Notes: generated from the letters alone by a model not told the origin. Shown: positions 17,873 through 28,021, counted from the first letter of the stretch. The stretch: DNA of 52,694 bases from Ignavibacteria bacterium (GCA_039925865.1 JBDSYA010000213.1:1-52694); one strand, 5' to 3'. Made by a program: numbers and translations.

Positions 17873-19561
17873 ATGGAAAAAGTAAATATTTTAAACTTAA
17901 CTGCAGAAGAGCTTGAACATGAGATTATTGTTTTAAATGAGCCTAAATACAGGGCTGAGCAGATCTTCACTTCACTTCACAAAAATCACAGCAGGGAATT
18001 GAGAAATATTTCAGGAATATCCTCCGTTTTAAAAACCACACTCGATGACAATTTTTTTATACCGGTTTTAAAAAATACAAAGATTACTGATTCAAAACAT
18101 TTCGTTACTAAAAAATTTCTCTTTGAAATAATCCAAGCTAATGAAACCTGTTACATTGAATCTGTTCTCATTTCTGAAAAAGAAAGGAATACCATTTGTT
18201 TGTCAACTCAGGTCGGATGTAATGTCGGGTGTGAATTTTGTGCTACCGGAAAAATGGGATTTAAAAAAAATCTGAATGTCAGCGAAATTGTTATGCAGGT
18301 TTATGAAGTGATCAGGCTTACGGGTATAATACCTACCAACATAGTTTACATGGGCATGGGTGAACCGTTTCTCAATTATGATAACATGATCAAATCCCTG
18401 AAAATACTGACACATCCAAAAGGGCTGGCCATATCGTCAAAAAGGATAACAGTATCAACTGTCGGATTCAAAGGCAAGATCATAAAATTTGCAAATGATC
18501 TTATGCTTGAAGAAAATAAGTATATCAAGAATGTTAAACTTGCACTATCCCTGCATTCTACAGACAACGGAGTGAGAGAATCTATTATTCCAACTTCAGT
18601 TAAAAATAAATTACCCGATCTTTATAAAGAGATAAGTTATTTTTATCAAAAAACCAGGAACAAGATCACTTATGAATATATTCATTTTGAAGGATTGAAT
18701 GACACAATGGATGATATAAAACGGCTGGAGAAAATCTCACGAATGGTGCCTTCGAATATTAATATTATTCCTTTCCATCCGATTGATTTCGAGTTAAGCA
18801 AACCACTGGATATTTATAACGGCAAAAAAGATATTAATAAATTACTTTCAAATCAAAAATTATTTGATTTTATTGCCGAACTTAAAAGGCAAAAAGTTAT
18901 TGTAAATCTTCGTTCGAGCAGCGGAATTGATATACATGCAGCATGCGGACAACTTGCAGTAATTCAAAAAGAATCACATAATATAAAAAACATGTATCAG
19001 TTAATTATTTTCGGGCCTCCGGGAGTTGGTAAAGGAACACAAGCAGAGTTGCTGGCAAAAAAATTAAATCTTGAGCATATCTCCACAGGAGCCATATTGA
19101 GAAAAGCTTTTGATGAAGGAAGCGAGCTCGGTATAAAGGCAAAAGAAATTATGGATAAAGGAAACCTTGTGCCCGATGAGATCATGAACGGAATAGTTAA
19201 AGAAAATCTGAAAAGCAGTAATAAAGAAGGATTTATTCTTGATGGATATCCGCGTACCGTTAAGCAGGCGGAAGCTTTATCCGGTATTTTCGATGAACTG
19301 GATTTAAAAGAGATAATGGTTATAACATTAAGTGTTGATGAAAAAGAAATAATTGAAAGGTTACTGAAGAGAGGCAGGAGTGATGACACAGAGGATTGCA
19401 TAAAAAACCGACTCGATATTTATACGGATTCAACCAAGCCAATAATTGAATATTTTAAAAACAAACACACAACTCTTAAGGTCAACGGTGCAGGTGAAAT
19501 TGATGAGATCAATGAGTTGATATTATCTTCAATTGAGAAAGAAGCAGCTCATAACAGTTAA
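17873..19561 (+). CDS. rlmN: Single ORF joining RlmN (radical-SAM 23S rRNA/tRNA A2503 C2-methyltransferase) to a short-LID adenylate kinase
   Basis: Residues 1-~365 carry CNVGCEFCATG (CX3CX2C), GMGEPF and a C-terminal AACGQLA. There is no stop codon before an in-frame Adk module. Confidence 0.85.
   Translation: MEKVNILNLTAEELEHEIIVLNEPKYRAEQIFTSLHKNHSRELRNISGISSVLKTTLDDNFFIPVLKNTKITDSKHFVTKKFLFEIIQANETCYIESVLISEKERNTICLSTQVGCNVGCEFCATGKMGFKKNLNVSEIVMQVYEVIRLTGIIPTNIVYMGMGEPFLNYDNMIKSLKILTHPKGLAISSKRITVSTVGFKGKIIKFANDLMLEENKYIKNVKLALSLHSTDNGVRESIIPTSVKNKLPDLYKEISYFYQKTRNKITYEYIHFEGLNDTMDDIKRLEKISRMVPSNINIIPFHPIDFELSKPLDIYNGKKDINKLLSNQKLFDFIAELKRQKVIVNLRSSSGIDIHAACGQLAVIQKESHNIKNMYQLIIFGPPGVGKGTQAELLAKKLNLEHISTGAILRKAFDEGSELGIKAKEIMDKGNLVPDEIMNGIVKENLKSSNKEGFILDGYPRTVKQAEALSGIFDELDLKEIMVITLSVDEKEIIERLLKRGRSDDTEDCIKNRLDIYTDSTKPIIEYFKNKHTTLKVNGAGEIDEINELILSSIEKEAAHNS
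18992..19561 (+). CDS. adk: Adenylate kinase module (189 aa), in frame with rlmN; possible internal start
   Basis: MYQLIIFGPPGVGKGTQAELLAKKLNLEHISTGAILR...GFILDGYPRT...RGRSDD. The LID is short and lacks a Cys4 knuckle. No SD precedes the ATG at 18992. Confidence 0.75.
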   Translation: MYQLIIFGPPGVGKGTQAELLAKKLNLEHISTGAILRKAFDEGSELGIKAKEIMDKGNLVPDEIMNGIVKENLKSSNKEGFILDGYPRTVKQAEALSGIFDELDLKEIMVITLSVDEKEIIERLLKRGRSDDTEDCIKNRLDIYTDSTKPIIEYFKNKHTTLKVNGAGEIDEINELILSSIEKEAAHNS

Positions 19562-19650
19562 GAATTTCTTGTAATTAATTATACAGACACTTTTATAATT
19601 GCAATTTAGAATGTAAAAGTATATTTTGTTAATCAAATTTTCACTACGAC

Positions 19651-19998
19651 ATGGCATCAATTAAAGCTACAGAACATTCTGACAAAGGCATTGTAATCCT
19701 TGAACCTAAAGGAAATTTTGTCGGAGGTGATGAAACAGACGAGTTAAGGGATTCAATTAAAAAATATTCGGAGCTCGGCAATAAAAAACTAATAATTGAT
19801 CTAGGTGATGTTTTGTATCTTAACAGTACAGCCCTCGGAGTTTTAATATCTGCACACGCAAACTATTCTAAAAGAGAAGGCAAAATTAAACTTTGCCAGC
19901 TCAGTAAAAATCTCGAAAACTTATTTGTAATTACTAAACTGGCTTTGATCTTTGATTCGTATTCAACACAGAATGAAGCGATCAAAAGTTTTGAATAA
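19651..19998 (+). CDS. STAS-domain anti-sigma-factor antagonist (SpoIIAA-like)
   Basis: 115 aa. LIIDLGDVLYLNSTALGVLISAH has the Ser/Thr phospho-site context. Confidence 0.75.
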   Translation: MASIKATEHSDKGIVILEPKGNFVGGDETDELRDSIKKYSELGNKKLIIDLGDVLYLNSTALGVLISAHANYSKREGKIKLCQLSKNLENLFVITKLALIFDSYSTQNEAIKSFE

Positions 19999-20071
19999 TA
20001 ATTTTTTAAAAAATAATCTACTAATTTAATAAATTAAAACTCTGAACAGAGTTTAATGGAGGTTAAAATTA

Positions 20072-20854
20072 ATGAAACAATCTGTCTTCATGACTGTAAT
20101 AATTGTAGTAGCTTTAGTGGTTTCTGCGGTCATTTTTTATGGTGTATTCGGAAATCCCGGTAACTTCAAAACTCCGGAAAAACAAGTACCAATTAATATT
20201 ATGGGCGCTATATATCTTGGTGGTCCCATTGTTATTGTTTTGATGGCGTTAAGTATTATGGTAATAACTTTTACCATAGAAAGACAGCTTTCACTTTCAA
20301 AAGCAAAAGGTAGAGGTCCTATCGAGCCATTTCTTAAAAAAGTTCAGAGTTCACTCCTAGAAGGGAATATTGACGAGGCCATTGCCGAATGCGATAAGCA
20401 GCGGGGGTCAATAGCAAATATTCTTAAGCAGGGGCTTGAACGATACCAGGTCCTTTCAGCTGATAATAAGCTGGAAGCTGACCAGAAATTACAGGAAGTT
20501 CAGACAGCAATTGAAGAAGCTATGATGCTTGAAGTACCTCTATTGGAACGAAATCTTGTTGTGTTATCGACTATTGCTTCGGTATCAGTGTTAATAGGAT
20601 TGTTCGGAACGGTAGTGGGAATGATAAGAGCTTTCCAGGCACTTGCAACAGCGGGAACTCCCAATGCTGCAGAGCTTTCATCCGGTATTTCAGAAGCACT
20701 GATCAATACAGCAGGCGGATTGTTCGGAGCTATTGTAGGAACGATATCTTACAATTATTTCGTTACCAAAGTCGGCAACATTACTTACATGATCGATGAA
20801 GCCACATACAATATGCTGCAGATATTATCTATCAGAGGAAGAAAGACTGCATAA
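20072..20854 (+). CDS. exbB: MotA/TolQ/ExbB proton-channel protein
   Basis: GGAGG SD. Three TM segments. Conserved LIGLFGTVVGMIRAF...ISEALINTAGGL. Confidence 0.85.
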   Translation: MKQSVFMTVIIVVALVVSAVIFYGVFGNPGNFKTPEKQVPINIMGAIYLGGPIVIVLMALSIMVITFTIERQLSLSKAKGRGPIEPFLKKVQSSLLEGNIDEAIAECDKQRGSIANILKQGLERYQVLSADNKLEADQKLQEVQTAIEEAMMLEVPLLERNLVVLSTIASVSVLIGLFGTVVGMIRAFQALATAGTPNAAELSSGISEALINTAGGLFGAIVGTISYNYFVTKVGNITYMIDEATYNMLQILSIRGRKTA

Positions 20855-20901
20855 CAAATGACAGAAACGAATTTTAAAAACCAAATTTATTTGGACATTT
20901 T

Positions 20902-21489
20902 ATGAAGAAAGCCAGATCAATAAAAAAACCCGGTGTAAATATAGATATGACTCCCTTAGTGGACGTAATTATGTTGCTCCTTACATTCTTCATGCTTGTT
21001 GCTACTTTCAAAGCGGAATCAACTGAAGCCATTGAGATCAAACTTCCCGAATCTGTTGTAACGGATACAACTAAACTGCCTGAAAAAGATATTATGACAC
21101 TGACCATTACTAAAAGTAGTGACGTATTTATAGATGTTGATAATTACAAGGTAAGAGAAAAAGTATTTGGTGATGCATTTGGTGTGGGACTTTTTCATTC
21201 TGACAGTCTTTCAAAGAGCGAGTATGAAAATACAGGAGGACTGGTGGGCGGAAAAGCTTTCAAAAGGAAAGTTACGATTTTGAACAGGGCACAAATGGAA
21301 AAGACAATGTCCGATCTGAGGGTTGCTTTGAAAAATGAAACAGCAGGTAAATCAGATTTTCGGATCGTAATTAAAGGAGATACACAAGCAGACTTTGGAG
21401 TTGTTGAAGATCTGATGGATATTTTCAAAGCTACAAAAAATACCAGATTTGCCCTTGTAACTGACGTTAAATCAGACAAACCAAAATAG
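20902..21489 (+). CDS. exbD: ExbD/TolR family protein
   Basis: NIDMTPLVDVIMLLLTFFML N-terminal anchor, then a periplasmic domain. Confidence 0.8.
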   Translation: MKKARSIKKPGVNIDMTPLVDVIMLLLTFFMLVATFKAESTEAIEIKLPESVVTDTTKLPEKDIMTLTITKSSDVFIDVDNYKVREKVFGDAFGVGLFHSDSLSKSEYENTGGLVGGKAFKRKVTILNRAQMEKTMSDLRVALKNETAGKSDFRIVIKGDTQADFGVVEDLMDIFKATKNTRFALVTDVKSDKPK

Positions 21490-21526
21490 TAAACAATTTT
21501 AAATTTAATTTATAAGGAATTAAATT

Positions 21527-22054
21527 ATGGCAGGTGGCGGATTTGATGCCCCGGAAAGTGGAGGCGGGCTTCATAAACAGAAAAAGTATAAAAAAGGTAA
21601 GAAGATCGGCGTCAGAATAGATATGACTCCGATGGTTGATGTAATCATGCTTCTATTGACATTTTTTATTCTTACTACCACTCTAAATACACCTCAGATA
21701 ATGCAGATCAATCTTCCGAAGGGAGATAAGGATGATAGAGTGAAAGTTGATATGGGTGATGTACTTTATATGAGAGTGGCCGAAACAGGCAACGTATATT
21801 TTTCCAGAGGTCAATCGGATGGTTCAGAAACTCCTCCGGAAAAGGTTGATTTTAACGGTATGAAATCCAGGATAGAAGGATATTATACATCGAATCCAAA
21901 TCTCTTAATTTTATTGAAGTTTGACAGGAAAATGAAATATAACCTGATGGTTGATATTCTTGACGAAATAAATAAAGCCGCTATTACAAAAAGATACAGC
22001 TTTATGAAAATGGAAGACCCTGACAAAGAGATTGTTAAAAACGCCGGTGGTTAA
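21527..22054 (+). CDS. exbD: ExbD/TolR family protein (second copy)
   Basis: RIDMTPMVDVIMLLLTFFIL anchor motif. Confidence 0.8.
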   Translation: MAGGGFDAPESGGGLHKQKKYKKGKKIGVRIDMTPMVDVIMLLLTFFILTTTLNTPQIMQINLPKGDKDDRVKVDMGDVLYMRVAETGNVYFSRGQSDGSETPPEKVDFNGMKSRIEGYYTSNPNLLILLKFDRKMKYNLMVDILDEINKAAITKRYSFMKMEDPDKEIVKNAGG

Positions 22055-22080
22055 TAAAGTTTAATTTTATAATAATTGTA

Positions 22081-22111
22081 AAGCGGTCTGATTTATCGGA
22101 TCGCTTTTTTT
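22081..22111 (+). terminator. Rho-independent terminator after exbD2
   Basis: AAGCGGTC-loop-GGATCGCTT stem (7-8 bp, one G-U) followed by TTTTTTT. Confidence 0.65.
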
Positions 22112-22138
22112 GTTTTTAAAAGTTTACCTGAATATAAT

Positions 22139-22933
22139 TTGATAAAAATATTTTTAATATTTTTATATATCTTAACTGCTTTTTTCTCTTCCACAGTTTA
22201 TCCCCAGGATAAACCTCAAACATCAATGTCTGACAATCCAACACAACTCAGACAATATGCAGTTGACGAAACAGGCACACTCACTTATTCTCAATTGAAT
22301 TATCTGAACAATAAATTAAGGGATGAGGAAAAAAACACTTCTAATCAGATAGTAATATATATGATCCCAAGCCTTAACGGTGAATCACTTGAAGATGTTT
22401 CCATAAGACTAGCTGAAAAAAATAAGATCGGCAAAAAAGATAAGAATAATGGCGTGCTTTTGCTAATTGTTAAAAATGATAAAAAGGTAAGATTAGAAGT
22501 CGGATACGGCCTTGAGGGTGAAATCACCGATGCAGTCTCATCACAGATTATCAGAAATGAAATTACACCATCTTTTAAATCAGGTAACTTTAATGAAGGT
22601 ATTAACAAAGGCGTAGATGCAATCATTAAAACTATCAATGGTCTGTATACTGCGGATAAGGATTCTAATGATATCGATGCCGGCTGCTGTTTTGGAATTC
22701 CTATCTTTGTTGTTTTAATTTTCGGATTTATTTTCGTTTTTATTTTTATGTCTTTCATTAAAGGAATTTTAGGAATTGGCAGATCAGTTTATTCCGGCAA
22801 AAGAGGCTGGAACAGTGGCTGGGGCGGAGGCGGTTTCGGTGGAGGTTTTGGTGGTGGCGGCAGTGGCGGAGGCGGTGGATTTTCAGGCGGCGGCGGCTCT
22901 TTTGGCGGCGGGGGTGCCAGCGGAAGCTGGTAA
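22139..22933 (+). CDS. TPM-domain (YgcG-like) membrane protein with Gly-rich tail
   Basis: Signal peptide. TPM core QIVIYMIPSL...NNGVLLLIVKNDKKVRLEVGYGLEGEITD. One TM segment. Tail GWGGGGFGGGFGGGGSGGGGGFSGGGGSFGGGG. Confidence 0.8.
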   Translation: MIKIFLIFLYILTAFFSSTVYPQDKPQTSMSDNPTQLRQYAVDETGTLTYSQLNYLNNKLRDEEKNTSNQIVIYMIPSLNGESLEDVSIRLAEKNKIGKKDKNNGVLLLIVKNDKKVRLEVGYGLEGEITDAVSSQIIRNEITPSFKSGNFNEGINKGVDAIIKTINGLYTADKDSNDIDAGCCFGIPIFVVLIFGFIFVFIFMSFIKGILGIGRSVYSGKRGWNSGWGGGGFGGGFGGGGSGGGGGFSGGGGSFGGGGASGSW

Positions 22934-22972
22934 TAACAATTAACAGTTAAAAATTAACTATTAACAATATCA

Positions 22973-23437
22973 GTGTTAAAGAAAAATTTTATTTCGGAAT
23001 ACTTATCAACTGAATCTCTGGAAAAGATCTCATCATCCATTGGCGAGATTGAAAAAAATACAAGCGGAGAGTTGAGATTGTGTATAAAAAAAAGGAGAGG
23101 CTTTCTTGAAAAAAATCTTACTCCCAGGGAAATTGCACTGAAAGAATTTTTTAAATTAAAGATGGATAAAACTTCGGATAAAACCGGAGTTTTATTTTTC
23201 ATAATTTTTGAAGAACATAAATTCGAAATAATTGCAGACGAAGGACTAAACACTAAGATCTCCGGGGAAATGTGGAATACAATTTCTAACGAGATCAAAA
23301 TTTCTTTTACTAAGGAAGATTATCTTGAAGGAATATTAAAGGCCTTAAAACGCGTTGGAGTAACTCTTATCAGCGAGTTTCCTGTGAAACCCGGTGATAA
23401 AAATGAATTGTCAGATGATGTTATATTGAAACGTTGA
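22973..23437 (+). CDS. TPM/DUF477-like protein
   Basis: GTG start. TSGELRLCI...KTGVLFFIIFEEHKFEIIADEGL resembles the TPM fold core. Confidence 0.6.
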   Translation: MLKKNFISEYLSTESLEKISSSIGEIEKNTSGELRLCIKKRRGFLEKNLTPREIALKEFFKLKMDKTSDKTGVLFFIIFEEHKFEIIADEGLNTKISGEMWNTISNEIKISFTKEDYLEGILKALKRVGVTLISEFPVKPGDKNELSDDVILKR

Positions 23438-23497
23438 TGCGATCTTTTTCAAATCTATAGAAGCTTTAACCCGTACGATATTATAAATGTATTTTTT

Positions 23498-24052
23498 ATG
23501 CCTGATCAAAGTTCGTCTGAGAAACTGCTTTTCCAATTCATTAAAAATGAAAGTCTGCGTAAACATTGTTTTGCAGTAGAATCAGCCATGAGATTTTATG
23601 CAGGGAAGACAGGAGAAGATCAGGAAATGTGGGCTTCCGCCGGTCTGCTGCATGATCTCGACTGGGAAATTTATCCTGAGACACATCCAAATACTGCCGT
23701 TCCGATTTTAAAAGAAGCCGGCTATAATGAAGAAGTTATCGATGCAATTCTTGGTCATGCATATCCGGACAGAACAAATGTACCCAGGCATACGAACATT
23801 TCAAAATATCTTTTTGCATGCGATGAGATCACTGGTTTTATAATGGCTTATTCGCTGATGAAACCCGGTGGTCTGAATGACGTTGAACCAAAGAATATTA
23901 AGAAAAAATTGAAAGACAAAGCATTCGCAAGAAATGTGAACAGGGATGATATAATTAATGGTATCAAAGAAGTCGGGATAGATCTTGATGAACATTTAAA
24001 AAATATTATTGAAGCAATGAAAAATGATCCCCGTTTAAATTCAGTTAAATAA
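23498..24052 (+). CDS. HD-domain phosphohydrolase
   Basis: H...GLLHDLDWE...LGHAY metal-binding pattern. Confidence 0.65.
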   Translation: MPDQSSSEKLLFQFIKNESLRKHCFAVESAMRFYAGKTGEDQEMWASAGLLHDLDWEIYPETHPNTAVPILKEAGYNEEVIDAILGHAYPDRTNVPRHTNISKYLFACDEITGFIMAYSLMKPGGLNDVEPKNIKKKLKDKAFARNVNRDDIINGIKEVGIDLDEHLKNIIEAMKNDPRLNSVK

Positions 24053-24059
24053 AATTTCA

Positions 24060-24986
24060 ATGAACGTTATAGCGACAAAAAATCTATCCAAAGAATATTC
24101 CTCCAAAAGTTTTTCGAAAGAAAAAATCCTTGCATTGAATAATTTTTCTTTTGAAGTTCAAAGCGGTGAAATATTCGGAATTCTTGGACCAAACGGTGCC
24201 GGTAAAACAACTTTAATAAAAATTCTGCTGGGTATAACACACCGTACAAATGGAGATATAAAAGTATTTGATAAGGAAATTTCTGATGAGTCATATAAAC
24301 TTAAAATAGGATATCTTCCTGAAAATCATAAATTTCCAAATTATCTTACAGGGGATCAGGTGCTTAGTTTTTTTGGAAAATTAAGCGGCATGAACAATGT
24401 TGATGTAAAGAAGACATCAGATAAATATTTAAAACTTGTTGACATGGAGAAATGGAGAACTACAAAAATTAAAAAATATTCTAAAGGCATGCTGCAGAGA
24501 CTGGGCCTTGCTCAAGCGATGCTTAATAATCCTGAGCTCATATTTTTGGATGAACCTACAGATGGAGTCGATCCGATCGGTAGAAAAGACATAAGGGATA
24601 TTCTTAATAATCTCAAGAATGAAGGTAAAACGATTTTCCTGAACTCCCACCTGCTCAGTGAAGTCGAATTGATCTGTGACCGTGTAGCGATACTTAATAA
24701 AGGTTCACTGGTAAAGTCAGGAAGAGTTGAGGATATTACAGCTCTTTCAAATAATTATAAATTCAATACTGCCGAGATAGAAGAAATAATACTGAACGAT
24801 CTGCTGAGTAATTATAAAGCGACAATAAACGCGAAGAATGAATTTATAATCAGTGCAGCTAATGTTGAAGAATTGAATAAGCTAATAGATTTCCTGCGTT
24901 CGAATAAAGTTATGATCCATAGTATAGTCCGGGAAAAGGATACTCTTGAAAATATGTTTATTAATTTAATTGAAAGTCAGAATTAG
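24060..24986 (+). CDS. ABC transporter ATP-binding protein
   Basis: Walker A GPNGAGKTT, signature YSKGMLQRLGLA, Walker B LIFLDEPTDGVD. Confidence 0.9.
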   Translation: MNVIATKNLSKEYSSKSFSKEKILALNNFSFEVQSGEIFGILGPNGAGKTTLIKILLGITHRTNGDIKVFDKEISDESYKLKIGYLPENHKFPNYLTGDQVLSFFGKLSGMNNVDVKKTSDKYLKLVDMEKWRTTKIKKYSKGMLQRLGLAQAMLNNPELIFLDEPTDGVDPIGRKDIRDILNNLKNEGKTIFLNSHLLSEVELICDRVAILNKGSLVKSGRVEDITALSNNYKFNTAEIEEIILNDLLSNYKATINAKNEFIISAANVEELNKLIDFLRSNKVMIHSIVREKDTLENMFINLIESQN

Positions 24987-24987
24987 A

Positions 24988-25788
24988 ATGATATTTTTAA
25001 CTTTAGTATTCAGCACCTTCCGGGAAGCATTTGCAAAGAAAATTTTTCTTGGCTTCTTTGTGATTTCTACTCTGATAATTTTGCTTGAGCTTTTTGCAGT
25101 AAATGTCGAGTCTGTCGAAGGTATAATGAATATGCTGGATGAAGAAGGAGTGAAGCAAGCGGTAATAAGTGCGGAAATTGAAATATTGAACATTTCTTAT
25201 TTTCTGATAATAACATTTTGTTTGATTTCAGTCTCATCTTTTATTCCATCCATGCTTGAAAAAGGAAACATAGATCTTCTTTTATCTAAGCCTGTATCAA
25301 GATCCAAAATTATTATAGCTAAATTCACCGGAAGTGTTTTACTTATTTTTATAAGTCTGGTATACCTGATAGGTTTTGTGTGGTTAATACTGTCTATAAA
25401 ATCAGGCTATTGGCACTTTCCCTTTTTGCTGTCTATTTTTTGGCTGACTCTATCTTTTGCAGTTGTATTTTCATTTACATTGCTGGTAGGGCTGATATCT
25501 CAAAGTTCTATTTTATCAGTACTCCTAAGCATCTTCTTACTTATTGTTACAAAAATTCTATCTATAAGAGAAGTGGCAATATTCAGTTTCGTTGAAAATG
25601 AACCTGTCAGATTTATTATCAATTTTTTTTATTATATCTTACCCAAGCCTTCTGATATCAATTCAATAGCAGAAAATATTATAAAACAATTGCCTGTAGA
25701 ATCTTATATGCCCGTCATTTCTTCTGTGCTTTTTATGCTGGCAGCGTTGTCAGTGTCGATAATTTATTTTAAGAAAAAAGATTATTAA
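24988..25788 (+). CDS. ABC-2-type permease
   Basis: ATG at 24988 lies directly after the ATPase stop; the track's TTG at 24970 overlaps it. About six hydrophobic segments. Confidence 0.6.
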   Translation: MIFLTLVFSTFREAFAKKIFLGFFVISTLIILLELFAVNVESVEGIMNMLDEEGVKQAVISAEIEILNISYFLIITFCLISVSSFIPSMLEKGNIDLLLSKPVSRSKIIIAKFTGSVLLIFISLVYLIGFVWLILSIKSGYWHFPFLLSIFWLTLSFAVVFSFTLLVGLISQSSILSVLLSIFLLIVTKILSIREVAIFSFVENEPVRFIINFFYYILPKPSDINSIAENIIKQLPVESYMPVISSVLFMLAALSVSIIYFKKKDY

Positions 25789-25851
25789 TCCTCATTAACT
25801 TTTTAAATTTGTATTTGCAGTTTTACCTTTTAATATTTCAGTTCTGAATAT

Positions 25852-26922
25852 ATGAAATTTATAAATTTTATTACTATCCTGATTCTTTTAGCCTCCGGCT
25901 GCAACTTTAAGCCGGAGCCTGAACCGCTTCCATTGTCTGTGAGATCAACTTTAAATCTCCTTCAGGAAAGTCCCCAGTTTGTCATGTATCTTAATTTTAA
26001 AAATATGCGGCGGACAGAATTTTGGAAAAAGAATGTTTCGGATTCTCTGTTTAATGCAGAAAAAACATTTGGCAGCCTCCTGAATACGTTTAAGATGGCA
26101 ACAGGTGCTTCAATATCTGATGGACTTGACGAGCTTTATTATTCAAACTCCTGGTTTGGAGAAAATGCGATTGTAATGAAAGGCGTTTTTGACAGAAATA
26201 AACTTACGGAATATTTAACAACTGACAGCCTGTTTTCAATAGCCAAATATGCCGGCGAAATTCCGGTCTATATAAAAAATGATATAGGCCTGTATTTTTT
26301 CTTTAAAGATGATTTTACTTTGTGTGCAAGCAATTATTTGAAACAGCTTGATGTAATGAGCAATACCCGGGATACCTCGCAAACAGGGGTCCTGGCAAAT
26401 GCAAGGATCTATGATGCTGTAAGTAAAATTATTTTTAAAGAAGATCTGTGGATGGTTAGCACTGAAAAAATTTTTATCCGCGGGATCTTTCAAAATTTTG
26501 TGGAAACAACTTCCGGTATAAAAATTGAAAATTATGATTCACTCGGTAATAATGATACACTTAATAAAATTGAGCCCGGAGTTTTGAATGATTCGACCGC
26601 AGATAAGGAAAAACTTTCAATGGTTAATCTCTACAAAAAATTTAATGCAATTTCCTTTTCTGCAAAGATGTCAAATGAACTTAAATTTCTTGTCCAGTGT
26701 GAATGTGTGAATGAAGAAGCTGCTAAATATTTTCGAAGTATTCTTAACGGAGTAATTACAGTTTCAAAAATCAGTTCAGCAAGAAATAAAGCAGGCTCCG
26801 GGAAGATCTTTGAAAAGCTGAAACTTGACAGGTATGATAATTCGGTATTCATTGAATTGAATATTGATGAGAGTAACTTGCAGGAGCTGAAGAAAACAAA
26901 TTTAATGAGTGAGCCTGAATAA
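25852..26922 (+). CDS. Lipoprotein of unknown function
   Basis: Lipobox ILLASGC. No recognisable domain. Confidence 0.55.
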   Translation: MKFINFITILILLASGCNFKPEPEPLPLSVRSTLNLLQESPQFVMYLNFKNMRRTEFWKKNVSDSLFNAEKTFGSLLNTFKMATGASISDGLDELYYSNSWFGENAIVMKGVFDRNKLTEYLTTDSLFSIAKYAGEIPVYIKNDIGLYFFFKDDFTLCASNYLKQLDVMSNTRDTSQTGVLANARIYDAVSKIIFKEDLWMVSTEKIFIRGIFQNFVETTSGIKIENYDSLGNNDTLNKIEPGVLNDSTADKEKLSMVNLYKKFNAISFSAKMSNELKFLVQCECVNEEAAKYFRSILNGVITVSKISSARNKAGSGKIFEKLKLDRYDNSVFIELNIDESNLQELKKTNLMSEPE

Positions 26923-26977
26923 GATTACTATAAATAAATCAGCCCCAGGGCTTTGCTGAAGATTTTTAAAAAACAGC

Positions 26978-28012
26978 TTATGCTTCGGTTTCTGTTTTAT
27001 CTTTCGCTAAATATTTTTCAATCATTATAACATCTTCTTCACTTCCGATAAACAATGGGGTTCGTTGATGAAGGCTTTTAGGTTCAATATCTAGAATTCT
27101 TTTATTTCCATCTGTACTTCTTCCTCCTGCCTCTTCTATGATCATGCTTAAAGGATTCGCTTCATACATGAGTCTTAATTTTCCGTTTACATTTTTATTG
27201 TCTGAAGGATACATGAAAATTCCACCATACAATAAATTGCGGTGAAAGTCAGCAACGAGAGATCCGACATAGCGGGATGAATAAGGCCTGGAGCTTTCCT
27301 GATCTATTTCTTTAAGGTAGGAAACATAATCTTTCATGCCCCGGCTCCATTTGCAATAATTCCCTTCGTTAACTGAATAAGTTCTAGACTTTTTCGGAAT
27401 AGTTATATTTTCATTTGATAAAAGAAATTCACCCACTGAAGGGTCTAATGTAAAACCATGAACTCCCTGTTTATTAGTATACACAAGTACTGTACTTGAT
27501 CCATAGATCACATAGCCTGCAGCCACTTGCTCAGTTCCTTTTTGAAGGCAGTCTTCCAATGACCCCGGTCCTGACTTAGTAACTCTTTTGTAAACTGAAA
27601 AAATTGTTCCGATAGAAACATTTACATCTATATTTGATGAACCGTCAAGAGGATCAAAATGACAGATATATTTATTTGTCACATATTTGTTATCAGTAAA
27701 CTTATCCTCAATAGGAATGAAATTCACCTCTTCTTCAGAACACACAGCGCAAATATGTCCACCCTGTTTCATAACGTGAGTAAGCACGTCATTTGCAAAT
27801 ACATCAAGCTTCTTAACCTGCTCGCCCTGAACATTTTCTTCTCCGGTAAATCCAAGCAGATCTATCAGGCCTGCCCTGTTGACCTCAAGTGATATTACTT
27901 TACATGCTAATGCAATATCAGCAAGAAGATCTGAAAGCTGACCTGTAGCTTCAGGAAATTTTCTTTCCTCTTCAACTATGTGCCTGTAAAAAGTTGTGAA
28001 CTTATTTACCAT
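26978..28012 (-). CDS. fbp: Fructose-1,6-bisphosphatase class I
   Basis: [11 protein letters not shown] metal site and GGIFMYP...[11 protein letters not shown] motif. Confidence 0.9.
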   Translation of the reverse strand: MVNKFTTFYRHIVEEERKFPEATGQLSDLLADIALACKVISLEVNRAGLIDLLGFTGEENVQGEQVKKLDVFANDVLTHVMKQGGHICAVCSEEEVNFIPIEDKFTDNKYVTNKYICHFDPLDGSSNIDVNVSIGTIFSVYKRVTKSGPGSLEDCLQKGTEQVAAGYVIYGSSTVLVYTNKQGVHGFTLDPSVGEFLLSNENITIPKKSRTYSVNEGNYCKWSRGMKDYVSYLKEIDQESSRPYSSRYVGSLVADFHRNLLYGGIFMYPSDNKNVNGKLRLMYEANPLSMIIEEAGGRSTDGNKRILDIEPKSLHQRTPLFIGSEEDVIMIEKYLAKDKTETEA

Positions 28013-28021
28013 TAAACTAAA

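Noticed and set aside
20072-22054. ExbB/ExbD genes as a Zorya-like (MotAB-type) defence system
   Set aside because: The sizes and motifs are ordinary ExbB/ExbD, with the two-ExbD layout I associate with FCB Ton systems. No large ZorC/ZorD-like genes are adjacent.
22800-22930. Local GC-rich island as foreign DNA
   Set aside because: It is fully explained by GGN codons of the Gly-rich tail of the TPM protein.
26941-26952. AGCCC-CA-GGGCT hairpin as a bidirectional terminator between the lipoprotein gene and fbp
   Set aside because: The loop is only 2 nt and the stem only 5 bp, with no flanking T-tract on the + strand, so it is too weak to call.
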